A stretch of DNA of 64,000 nt from Gaiellaceae bacterium (GTDB taxonomy: Bacteria; Actinomycetota; Thermoleophilia; Gaiellales; Gaiellaceae): assembly GCA_035623575.1 (NCBI GenBank), contig DASPTD010000053.1, positions 13,859 to 77,858 of the forward strand, given 5' to 3'. Made by a program: the position numbers and the translations under genes. Positions 10,008 through 18,215 of this stretch are shown piece after piece. Under the pieces are notes generated by a model. It was not told the origin of the DNA. It was given only the letters and a program-made list of their open reading frames with translations, and made no database searches. Every line of letters starts with the position of its first letter. Position 1 is the stretch's first letter.

Positions 10008-10858
10008 GCCACGTTCTCGGGAGCTCTGCGCACGATCGCCTTCTCCGTCGCGACGACGACGCTGAAGAAGAGGATGCCCACGAGCGCGGCGACGATGTTC
10101 GTCGCCCACAGCTCCTGCGGCTCGATCGAGTAGTACTGGTTGAAGTTGAGGATGGCGCCGCCGAGGCCGCTCTGCAGGCCCGAGGGCAGCTCACCGATGA
10201 TCGCGCCGACGACGCTCGCGGTGGCGGCGAGCCGCAGCGCGGAGAAGACGTAGGGGAGCGACGCGGGCACGCGCAGCTTCCAGAGCACGGTCCACGCGCT
10301 CGCCGCATACGTCCGCATCAGCTCGAGCGCGCGTGCGTCGGCGGAGTGGAGGCCGCGCAGCGTGTTGATCGTGACCGGAAAGAAGGTGAGGTAGGCCGCG
10401 ATCACGGCGACCGAGCCCCAGCCCTGGAACGGGCCGGGCAGCTTCGGGTTGACCCAGACGACGACCATGGGCGCGATCGCGAGGATCGGGATCGTCTGGC
10501 TCGCGACGATGTACGGCATGACGCCGCGCTGGAGCAGTCGCGAGTGGGCGAACAGGATCCCGAGCGCGAAGCCGACGACGGCGCCGAGCGCGAAGCCGAC
10601 GACCGCCTCCTTCGCGGTGAAGAGGGACTTGTGGAAGAGGATGGTGATCAGCGCCGGCTGGTTCACCTGGGCCGGTTGGCCGAACGCCTTCAGGATCGTC
10701 CACACGTGCGGCATCGACGTCGAGTCGACGGCGAACGGCCACGTCCAGCCGGCGGTGGTCCAGCTCCAGCGGTAGAGCTCCCAGAGCCCCGCGAGCGCGA
10801 GCAGGACGGCGCCGACCTCGAGCGAGCGGCGGACGGCGCGGAGGAGCGAGGCCGGCAC
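10004..10858 (-). CDS. ABC transporter permease (second membrane component)
   Basis: 284 aa multi-TM protein, first gene of the importer operon. Divergent from the M20 gene across a 44-bp spacer. Confidence 0.85.
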   Translation of the reverse strand: MPASLLRAVRRSLEVGAVLLALAGLWELYRWSWTTAGWTWPFAVDSTSMPHVWTILKAFGQPAQVNQPALITILFHKSLFTAKEAVVGFALGAVVGFALGILFAHSRLLQRGVMPYIVASQTIPILAIAPMVVVWVNPKLPGPFQGWGSVAVIAAYLTFFPVTINTLRGLHSADARALELMRTYAASAWTVLWKLRVPASLPYVFSALRLAATASVVGAIIGELPSGLQSGLGGAILNFNQYYSIEPQELWATNIVAALVGILFFSVVVATEKAIVRRAPENVA

Positions 10859-10902
10859 CGGACGTTCTTATCACGCTCGGGGTCGGTTGTAGGATCGGGT
10901 TC

Positions 10903-12138
10903 ATGGCGCTCGACCCTTCGCGCACCGTCGCCGAGCTGAAAGAGCTGCGCGCGCTCACGGGAGACGAGGACGGCGCGCAGCGGGTCGCCTGGACGGACAC
11001 CTGGGAGACGGCGCGCAGCTGGCTGCGCGAGAAGGTCGCCGGCACGGGCGCGGTCGAGGAGATCGACGAGGCGGGGAACCAGTGGTTCACGCTCGCCGGC
11101 GCGTCCGACCGTGCGCTCCTGCTCGGCGGCCACATCGACTCGGTGCCGAACGGCGGCTGGCTCGACGGCTCCCTCAACGTCATGGCCGGCGTCGAGGTGC
11201 TGCGCCGGATCGCTGCGGAGGGGGCGCCGCCGCTGACGGTGCGGCTCGTCAACTGGGCCGACGAGGAGGGCGCACGCTTCGGCCGCTCGCTCTTCGGCTC
11301 GTCCGCCGCCGCGGGATCGATGGCCGACCAGGACGAGCTGCGTCAGCGGCGCGACGCGAACGGGATCGCGCTCCCCGATGCGCTACACGAGCACGGCGTC
11401 GACCTCGACCGTGCGCTCGAGGCGCGCTCGCAGCTCGCGCACGCGGCCGTCTATCTGGAGCTGCACATCGAGCAGGGGCCGGTGCTCGAGTCGCTCGGGC
11501 TGCCGCTCGGCGTGGTGCTCGGCACCTTCGGCGTTGAGCGGCATCTGGTGACGTGGAAGGGCCAGGCGGCGCACTCCGGCTCGACGCCGATGGGCCAGCG
11601 GCGCGACGCGCTCGCCGGCGCGGCGAAGCTCGCGCTCGAGATCCGGCCGATCGCGGCCGAGGTGGGGGATGGCGCCGTATGCACGTCGGGCGGCGTCGTC
11701 TGCAAGCCGGGGATCGTCACGTCGGTCGTCGAGACGGCGGAGCAGCTGCTCGACCAGCGGCACCTCGGCGCGACAGAGCTCGCGCGGCTCCTGTCGCTCG
11801 CGCAGGAGGCGAGCGAGCGGTTCGCGCGCGAGGAGAGAATCGAGGTGTCGTGGAGCCGGATCTGGAGCATCGAGCCGATCCTGTTCGACCCGGGGCTGAT
11901 CGAGCTCGCGGACGAATCGATCCGCGAGGTGTCCGGTACGTCGCACCGGCTGCCGAGCGGCCCGCTGCACGACGCCGCGGAGGTCGCGCGTGCGGGCGTT
12001 CCGACGGTGATGCTGTTCGTGCAGTCGCTGCGCGGTCTCTCGCACACGAAGCTCGAGGACACGAAAGAAGAGCATCTCGAGCTGTCGGTGCAGGCGCTCG
12101 ACCGCCTCGCGGCGAAGGCGATGGCACGCTATGCCTGA
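10903..12138 (+). CDS. M20-family amidohydrolase (allantoate amidohydrolase / N-carbamoyl-amino-acid hydrolase type)
   Basis: 411 aa. The motif GGHIDSVPNGGWLDGSLNVMAG is typical of the AllC/AmaB Zn-hydrolase family. Confidence 0.85.
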   Translation: MALDPSRTVAELKELRALTGDEDGAQRVAWTDTWETARSWLREKVAGTGAVEEIDEAGNQWFTLAGASDRALLLGGHIDSVPNGGWLDGSLNVMAGVEVLRRIAAEGAPPLTVRLVNWADEEGARFGRSLFGSSAAAGSMADQDELRQRRDANGIALPDALHEHGVDLDRALEARSQLAHAAVYLELHIEQGPVLESLGLPLGVVLGTFGVERHLVTWKGQAAHSGSTPMGQRRDALAGAAKLALEIRPIAAEVGDGAVCTSGGVVCKPGIVTSVVETAEQLLDQRHLGATELARLLSLAQEASERFAREERIEVSWSRIWSIEPILFDPGLIELADESIREVSGTSHRLPSGPLHDAAEVARAGVPTVMLFVQSLRGLSHTKLEDTKEEHLELSVQALDRLAAKAMARYA

Positions 12139-12168
12139 CCCCCGGTGCCAGGCACGGTGCCAGGCACC
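12137..12168. repeat. palindromic element copy 1: GACCCCC-GGTGCCAGGCAC-G-GTGCCAGGCACC
   Basis: Read directly from the sequence. Near-identical (29/32 by my alignment) to 31219..31250. Starts within the stop codon of the M20 gene. Confidence 0.6.
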
Positions 12169-12210
12169 GTCACGGAACCGTCGCGGCTTCCCGGCGCCGA
12201 AGGGGCGCGA

Positions 12211-12633
12211 ATGAGCGCGCCGGAGCAGCTCTTCGGCGACGAGCACGTCCGCCGCTACGTCGAGACCGACGGCGAGGTCGGTTACATCTGGCGCGAGGGC
12301 GCGCCGATCCTCATCCTCACCGTCACCGGCCGGAAGAGCGGCAAGGAGTACTCGGCGCCGCTCATCTTCGGCCGCGACGGCGAGCACCTCGTCATTGTCG
12401 GCTCGCAGGGCGGCCGCCCCCAGCATCCCGACTGGTACCTCAACCTCGTCGCGGAGCCGGAGGTGGGCGTCCAGGTGAAGGCCGACCGCTTCCGGGCGCG
12501 CGCGCACACGGCCGAGGGGGAGGAGCGCGAGCGGCTGTGGCGGCGGATGAACGAGATCTGGTCGCACTACGACGAGTACCAGACGAGGACGGAGCGCGTG
12601 ATCCCCGTCGTCGTCCTCGAGCGCCTGTCCTAG
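12211..12633 (+). CDS. deazaflavin (F420H2)-dependent nitroreductase-family oxidoreductase (DDN family)
   Basis: ATG 12211 preceded by GAAGGGG. Motifs TGRKSGKEYSAPL and GGRPQHPDWYLNL are characteristic of the DDN family. Confidence 0.75.
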   Translation: MSAPEQLFGDEHVRRYVETDGEVGYIWREGAPILILTVTGRKSGKEYSAPLIFGRDGEHLVIVGSQGGRPQHPDWYLNLVAEPEVGVQVKADRFRARAHTAEGEERERLWRRMNEIWSHYDEYQTRTERVIPVVVLERLS

Positions 12634-12796
12634 TGCCCCTTCACGTGATGCTGTCTAGCTTCCGGGTCGCGGGCACCAAGCGATGCAAGGACGCAGGGAG
12701 CGCTCGTAGCTGTCGCTACGGGCGCGACCGAGGACGCGGCAGCGCGCCGTGTGATCGCCGGCCAGAAGCGGGCGTGTATTGCCTGAAGGGGCGCTA

Positions 12797-13225
12797 CTAG
12801 ACCGTACGCGGGTCGGGGTTGTACTCGGTCGCGAGCAGCGGGCTCGAGAGGACGAAGTCCGCCGTCGCGCGGTTGCACGCGATCGGGACGTTGTAGACGA
12901 CGGCGATGCGCAGCAGCGCCTTCACGTCGACGTCGTGCGGGTGCGGCTCGAGCGGATCCCAGAAGAAGATGACGAAGTCGATCCGTCCTTCCGCGATCGC
13001 AGCGCCGATCTGCTGGTCGCCGCCGAGCGGGCCGCTCAGGAACAGGTGCACGTCGAGGTCGAGCTCCTCCGCGAGCAGCGTCCCGGTCGTTCCGGTGGCG
13101 TGGAGCTCGTGCTTCGCGAGCGTGCCGCGGTTGAAGCGCGCCCAGTCGAGCAGGTCGGCCTTGAGGTTGTCGTGCGCGATGAGCGCGATGTGCTTGCGGC
13201 GAGTCAGGGACGGCGTGACGCTCAT
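12797..13225 (-). CDS. mgsA: methylglyoxal synthase
   Basis: 142 aa. [10 protein letters not shown]...ATGTTG...[10 protein letters not shown]...FFWDPL matches MgsA throughout. Confidence 0.9.
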   Translation of the reverse strand: MSVTPSLTRRKHIALIAHDNLKADLLDWARFNRGTLAKHELHATGTTGTLLAEELDLDVHLFLSGPLGGDQQIGAAIAEGRIDFVIFFWDPLEPHPHDVDVKALLRIAVVYNVPIACNRATADFVLSSPLLATEYNPDPRTV

Positions 13226-13250
13226 CGCCGCTCACGATATCCGGCCCGCG

Positions 13251-13454
13251 CTAGCGGACGAGACGGCCGGAGGCGACGACCGTCCCGAGGCCGACGTCCG
13301 CGAGCTTCGTGGGCGGAACCTGGCTCGAGGCGACGAGCCGCACCCAGCGGCCGGAGGGGTGCCTGAGCGCGGCGATCTGGTGCTCGACGGCGGCCGGTAC
13401 GGGGTGGGACGCGCCGGCGAGCGCGGCGGCCGAGAGGAGGGTGAGCAGGCGCAT
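13251..13454 (-). CDS. small secreted hypothetical protein
   Basis: ATG 13454 (MRLLTLLSAAALAGA signal-like). By hand count nearly every third codon position is G/C. No family recognised. Confidence 0.35.
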   Translation of the reverse strand: MRLLTLLSAAALAGASHPVPAAVEHQIAALRHPSGRWVRLVASSQVPPTKLADVGLGTVVASGRLVR

Positions 13455-13477
13455 CGGGCCGACGGTAGCCGGCGGAG

Positions 13478-14662
13478 ATGAGGAGCGAGTTCGCAATTGG
13501 TGAAGGCGCGGTGTGGCGTACGCTCGCGCGGGTGGAGCGGGGAGCAGGCATCGGGACGCGAGCGACCGTCGGCGGCCTCGGCGTCGGCTTCACCGTCGGC
13601 TGGAACATCACCGCTCTCGGCGCGATCGCGACCCGGCTCTCGCACGCGTACGGCGTCGGGCTGGCGACGGTCGGGCTCTTCACGACCGCCCAGTTCGTCG
13701 TGCACATGTCGATGCAGATCCCCGGCGGCCGGATCGCCGACCGCTTCGGCGCGCGGCGCACCGCGCTCGCCGGGCTCGGCGTGATCGCCGCCGGCAACGC
13801 GCTCTCGCTGATCGCCCAGCAGCCGGTGTACGCCTTTTTCGGGCGCGCGGTCGTCGGTCTCGGCACCGGCCTCGCCTTCGTCTCGGGCAGCGACTACGTG
13901 CGCTCCCGCGGCGGCTCGGCATTCCTGCAAGGCGTCTACGGCAGCGCGTCGGTGCTCGCCCCGGGCATCGCGCTCGCGCTCGTGCCCGGCTTCGCGAACT
14001 GGACGGGCTTCCGCGCTCCCTACCTGAGCGCGGTCGTCGTCGCCGCGATCAGCACGGTCGCGCTCGCACTTGCGCCGCCCGGGCCCCGTACCGCCCGCCA
14101 CAGGGGCGAGCGGCTCGACTCCGGCCTGATGCGCGACACGAAGCTCTACCGGTTCGCGGCCATCCACGCGCTGTCCTTCGGCTTCAGCGTCGTCGTCGGC
14201 AACTGGGTGGAGACGCTGCTCGAGCATCACGGGCACTCGAAAGCCGTCGCCGCGGCAGCGGGATCGCTGACCCTGCTGCTCGGCTTCTTCACGCGCATCT
14301 GGGGTGGCTCGCTGCTCCGGCGCCCGGACGCGTCGCGCTGGGTCGCAGTGAGCCTCGTGCTCGGCGGCGCGGGAGCGGTCGCGCTCGCAGCGCCCCTGCC
14401 CGCAGCGGGGCTGTTCGCCGCGGCGGCCGTCGTCGGGCTCGCGGCCGGCGTGCCGTTCGCGATGGCGTTCTCCGGCGCGGCCGCCGCCCGGCCGGAGGCG
14501 CCGGGAGCGGCCGTCGGCTACATCAACGCGTGGGCGGCGCTCGTGATCGTGGCCGGCACGCCGCTCGTCGGTCTCACCTTCTCGCTCCCGGGAGACGGGC
14601 GCATCGGCTTCGTCGCCGCCGGCGTGCTCGCGGCACTCGCCGCGTTCGCGACGCCGCGCTAA
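13478..14662 (+). CDS. MFS transporter
   Basis: 394 aa with about 12 hydrophobic segments. MFS loop motif GGRIADRFGARR. The exact start is uncertain. Confidence 0.8.
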   Translation: MRSEFAIGEGAVWRTLARVERGAGIGTRATVGGLGVGFTVGWNITALGAIATRLSHAYGVGLATVGLFTTAQFVVHMSMQIPGGRIADRFGARRTALAGLGVIAAGNALSLIAQQPVYAFFGRAVVGLGTGLAFVSGSDYVRSRGGSAFLQGVYGSASVLAPGIALALVPGFANWTGFRAPYLSAVVVAAISTVALALAPPGPRTARHRGERLDSGLMRDTKLYRFAAIHALSFGFSVVVGNWVETLLEHHGHSKAVAAAAGSLTLLLGFFTRIWGGSLLRRPDASRWVAVSLVLGGAGAVALAAPLPAAGLFAAAAVVGLAAGVPFAMAFSGAAAARPEAPGAAVGYINAWAALVIVAGTPLVGLTFSLPGDGRIGFVAAGVLAALAAFATPR

Positions 14663-14691
14663 GCTCGCCTCCTTCCGACGAAGGAGGCTCC

Positions 14692-15711
14692 ATGCTCAGC
14701 TTCGGCGTCACGGTCCTGCCCGATCCGCCCTACGCGCGCTTTCTCGAGCTGATCAAGCTCGCAGAGCAGCATGGGTTCGGGTATGCGTGGACGTACGACT
14801 CTCACGTGCTCTGGCAGGAGTCGGTCCCGCTGCTGGCCGTGGCCGCGCGGGAGACGTCGAGGATCAAGATGGGCCACTTCGTCACCAACCCTGGCACGCG
14901 CGACCCGACGGTGCTCGCGAGCGCGTACGCGACGCTGCACGACCTGTCGGACGGGCGCATGGTGATGGGCATCGGCCGCGGCGACTCGGCGCGCCGCTAC
15001 ATCGGCCAGCAGCCGGTGCGCGTGGCCGAGTTCGAGCGCCGGATCGCGATGATCCGCGAGCTGATGAACGGCCGCGAGGTGCACTGGAACGACAAGGACC
15101 TGCAGCTGAAGTGGGTGCGTCCCGAGCTGCCGCAGATTCCGATGTGGGTCGCGGGCTACGGGCCGAAGGCGCTCGCGGTCGCGGGTCGCGTCGGTGACGG
15201 CGTGATCATCCAGCTCGCCGACCCGGAGATCATCAGCTGGATCATGGACACCGCGCGGAAGGCCGCGGCCGAGGCGGGGCGCGATCCCTCCCAGCTGCGG
15301 TGCATCGTCGGCGCGCCGAGCCACGTCTCGGCCGATCTCGCCGACGCGCGCGAGCAGGTGCGCTGGTTCCCTGCGATGGTCTCGAATCACGTGATGGATC
15401 TGATCGAGCGCTATGGCGCCGACGGCAGCTCGGTGCCGAAGGCGCTCACCGACTTCGTGCAGGCGCGGAAGTTCTACGACTACAACGAGCACTCTCGCGT
15501 CGGCGCGAAGCACGGCGAGTTCGTCACCGACGAGATCTGCGACCGCTTCTGCGTCATCGGCGACACCGGGCAGATCAAGACCAAGCTGAAGGAGCTCGAG
15601 GCAGTCGGGGTCGACCAGTTCAACATCTATCTGATGACGCACGGCCAGGAGGAGACGTTGCGGGTGTACGGCGACGACATCATCCCGGAGCTCGCGGGGG
15701 TAGCGGCGTAG
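14692..15711 (+). CDS. LLM-class F420-dependent oxidoreductase
   Basis: ATG 14692 with GAAGGAGG 5 nt upstream. Luciferase-like monooxygenase fold sequence (MLSFGVTVLPDPPY...GRGDSARR...). Only this part of track ORF 13513..15711 is credible. Confidence 0.85.
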   Translation: MLSFGVTVLPDPPYARFLELIKLAEQHGFGYAWTYDSHVLWQESVPLLAVAARETSRIKMGHFVTNPGTRDPTVLASAYATLHDLSDGRMVMGIGRGDSARRYIGQQPVRVAEFERRIAMIRELMNGREVHWNDKDLQLKWVRPELPQIPMWVAGYGPKALAVAGRVGDGVIIQLADPEIISWIMDTARKAAAEAGRDPSQLRCIVGAPSHVSADLADAREQVRWFPAMVSNHVMDLIERYGADGSSVPKALTDFVQARKFYDYNEHSRVGAKHGEFVTDEICDRFCVIGDTGQIKTKLKELEAVGVDQFNIYLMTHGQEETLRVYGDDIIPELAGVAA

Positions 15712-15734
15712 TCGAGCTGCGGACGCTCCTCGAG

Positions 15735-17426
15735 ATGCGGCAGGCACTGCCGCTGTCGTTCTCCTCCGACGGAGGCCGGCTGCTCGTCGCGTCGACCGCT
15801 CCGGGCACGCAGCAGCTCTTCGCCGCCCCCGTGGAGGGCGGCGAGATGGAGCAGCTGACCGCCCACGCCGAGCCGGTGAGCGGCCTGTTCCTGCCGGACG
15901 GGCGCCTGCTCGTCGAGATCGACGAGGGCGGAAACGAGCGTTCCCAGCTGTACGCCGACGGCGAGCCGCTCGTCGTCGACCGGCGCTACATCCACGGGTC
16001 GCCGCACGCCGCGGGCCGCTTCCTCGCGTACTCGACGAACAGGCGCAACGGCGTCGACTTCGACGTCGTCGTCCGCGACCTCGCGAGCGGGGAGGAGCGC
16101 ACGTTCGAGATCGGCGGCCTGACCGCGGTTGCGGCGATGTCGGCGGACGGGATGCGCGTCGTGGCGGAGCGGCTCGGTGAGCGAAGCGGCGACTCTGACC
16201 TCTTCCTCGTCGACGTCATGAGCGGCGCGATCGAGCACCTGACGCCGCACGACGAGCAGGCCGAGTACCTCACGCCCGTGTTCGTCGGCGATACGCTCGT
16301 GTGGGCGACGAACGAGGGCAGGGACACGCTCGCGGTGGGGCCGATCGAGTCGCGATGGGATCTGCGCTGCGCTGCCGACCCTGCCGGCCGCTCGCTGCTC
16401 GTGCTCGCGAACGAGGACGGCTACTCGCGGCTGACGCTCCACGACCCGCAGACGTTCGAGCAGCGCATCGAGGTGCCGCTGCCGGGTCGCGGCGTGGTCG
16501 AGTCGCCGGTCTTCTCCCATGACGGCTCGCTCCTCGCGTTCGGGTTCTCGTCGCCGACGGAGCCGTTCGACGTGTACGTGCACGAGCTCGACTCCGGGCA
16601 CACGCGCCGGTTGACGACGAGCCCGTGCGGGGTGGAGCCGTCCCAGCTCGTCGAGCCGTCGCTGCACCGCTTCGCGAGCTTCGACGGCGAGTCGGTGCCG
16701 GTGTTCCTGTTCACACCGCCGGGCGAGGGGCCGTTCCCGGTCGTCGTGATGGTGCACGGCGGGCCGGAGGCGCAGTGGCAGCCGCTGTGGCACGTGAACT
16801 ACGCGCCGTTGACGCAGCATCTCGTCTCGCGCGGCTATGCGGTGGCGGTGCCGAACGTGCGCGGCTCGACCGGGTACGGGAAGCGATACGAGCACCTCGA
16901 CGACGTGCGGCTGAGGCTCGACTCGGTGCGCGACCTGGCTGCGCTGCACGCGTGGCTCGACGCACGGCCCGACATCGATGCGGCGCGCGCGGTGCTGTAC
17001 GGCCGCTCCTACGGCGGCTACATGGTGCTGGCGGGGCTCGCGTTCCAGCCGGAGCGGTGGGCTGCGGGGCTCGAGTCGGTCGGCATCTCCAGCTTCGTCA
17101 CGTTCCTCGAGAACACGTCGCCGTACCGGCGAGCGGCGCGGGAGCGCGAGTACGGGTCGCTCGAGCACGACCGGGAGTTCCTGACGGAAGCGTCGCCGAT
17201 CACCCACGTCGATGCGATTCGCGCGCCGCTCTTCATCCAGCACGGGGCGAACGACCCGCGCGTGCCGCTGTCGGAGTCGGAGGAGATCGCGCGCGTGCTC
17301 CGCGCGAAGGGGATCCGGTGCGAGCTCGTCGTCTATCCGGACGAGGGGCACATGATCCAGAAGCTCTCGAACCGGATCGACGCGTTCACGCGGATGGCCG
17401 CGTTCCTCGACGATGTCCTGGGCTGA
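15735..17426 (+). CDS. S9-family serine peptidase (prolyl oligopeptidase / acylaminoacyl peptidase-like)
   Basis: C-terminal alpha/beta hydrolase domain with GRSYGGY nucleophile elbow and an N-terminal beta-propeller-like region. The first in-frame ATG was used, so the start is uncertain. Confidence 0.8.
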   Translation: MRQALPLSFSSDGGRLLVASTAPGTQQLFAAPVEGGEMEQLTAHAEPVSGLFLPDGRLLVEIDEGGNERSQLYADGEPLVVDRRYIHGSPHAAGRFLAYSTNRRNGVDFDVVVRDLASGEERTFEIGGLTAVAAMSADGMRVVAERLGERSGDSDLFLVDVMSGAIEHLTPHDEQAEYLTPVFVGDTLVWATNEGRDTLAVGPIESRWDLRCAADPAGRSLLVLANEDGYSRLTLHDPQTFEQRIEVPLPGRGVVESPVFSHDGSLLAFGFSSPTEPFDVYVHELDSGHTRRLTTSPCGVEPSQLVEPSLHRFASFDGESVPVFLFTPPGEGPFPVVVMVHGGPEAQWQPLWHVNYAPLTQHLVSRGYAVAVPNVRGSTGYGKRYEHLDDVRLRLDSVRDLAALHAWLDARPDIDAARAVLYGRSYGGYMVLAGLAFQPERWAAGLESVGISSFVTFLENTSPYRRAAREREYGSLEHDREFLTEASPITHVDAIRAPLFIQHGANDPRVPLSESEEIARVLRAKGIRCELVVYPDEGHMIQKLSNRIDAFTRMAAFLDDVLG

Positions 17427-17455
17427 CCCGGCCCCCGGGTACGATGGGGCCGCTG

Positions 17456-17526
17456 GGCGCCTTGGCCGAGTGGTTAGGCACAGGTCTGCAAAACCTGGTA
17501 CACCGGTTCGACTCCGGTAGGCGCCT
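17456..17526 (+). tRNA. tRNA-Cys (GCA)
   Basis: Hand-folded cloverleaf. Acceptor GGCGCCT/AGGCGCC, anticodon stem CAGGT/ACCTG with loop CTGCAAA, T arm ACCGG-TTCGACT-CCGGT, discriminator T. No encoded CCA. Confidence 0.9.
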
Positions 17527-17616
17527 CTCGGTCTCGCCGCCGCCGGTGCGTCGGCTTCGCGGCGGGCCTCCGTCCGGCCGCGGGGCTACCTTCGATGGAC
17601 GTTCGCTTCCGCTCCT

Positions 17617-17838
17617 GTGCCCGATCCCGGTCCCGGTGTGCATCGGCGTGCGCACCTCGTCAGCTATGCCTATTCGGTGCCGGCGGTGAACCAGCTCACC
17701 GGCTTGACGCTGCGCGGCTGGCATTTCCGCTGCGTCGTCTTCGTCGATGGTCAGCGCAGCTGTGAGCTCGTGGTCGATCTCACGAGCGGCGTGCCTGTCA
17801 CAAAGGTGAATACGTCGCTCTCCGCCGGCCCCTTCTGA
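17617..17838 (+). CDS. small hypothetical protein (start uncertain: GTG 17617, 17638, 17677 or 17686)
   Basis: Hand count over 17668-17835 gives third position 46/55 G/C, first 34/55 and second 26/55, a coding-like gradient. Its TGA overlaps the ATG of the next ORF (TGATG at 17836-17840). No SD seen. Confidence 0.3.
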   Translation: MPDPGPGVHRRAHLVSYAYSVPAVNQLTGLTLRGWHFRCVVFVDGQRSCELVVDLTSGVPVTKVNTSLSAGPF

Positions 17839-18122
17839 TGCCTTCCGGGCGGGCGAGGCAGGACCGCGGACGCAAGGCGCTTGCACGCGTGAGGCGGAAC
17901 AGGGCACGGTACGGCGCCCACCCCTGGCTCTGGGCGTTGCCGTTTCCCCTGTTGACGACCGCCGTGGCGCTGATCGTCAACGCGATCATGGCCGTGCCCG
18001 TCAAGACCGGCCTGATCGAGGCTGCGGCTGTTGCGCCCTTCGTGTGGCTGATCTTCCGCTGGTACATGCCGTGGATCGCACGAAGGACGGAGACTCGGCT
18101 GCAACGGCGCTACGGGCGCTGA
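17838..18122 (+). CDS. small membrane protein (basic N-terminus, two predicted TM helices)
   Basis: 94 aa with high third-position G/C. Hydrophobic segments PWLWALPFPLLTTAVALIVNAIMAV and AAAVAPFVWLIFRWYMPW. No family recognised. Confidence 0.5.
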   Translation: MPSGRARQDRGRKALARVRRNRARYGAHPWLWALPFPLLTTAVALIVNAIMAVPVKTGLIEAAAVAPFVWLIFRWYMPWIARRTETRLQRRYGR

Positions 18123-18215
18123 CCTCCACCGCTCTTATCGAAAGTCACGCATTCAAGTGATGGCCGCGGGGCGTTGGCCCGGGCATGATCGGTGACAATC
18201 GGAGGGGGAACGAGC

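Noticed and set aside
12648-12800. 50-codon Cys/Arg-rich ORF (MLSSFRVAGTKRCKD...) in the DDN-mgsA spacer
   Set aside because: Third codon positions are mixed and no SD is present. The region is better explained by the RNA secondary structure described in the findings.
13513-14691. N-terminal 390 aa of track ORF 13513..15711
   Set aside because: This frame overlaps the MFS transporter gene out of frame and is Arg-rich. The LLM oxidoreductase starts at the SD-led ATG 14692.
17386-17907. 173-aa minus-strand ORF
   Set aside because: It runs straight through tRNA-Cys. Its first codon position coincides with the G/C-rich third position of the plus-strand small ORF.
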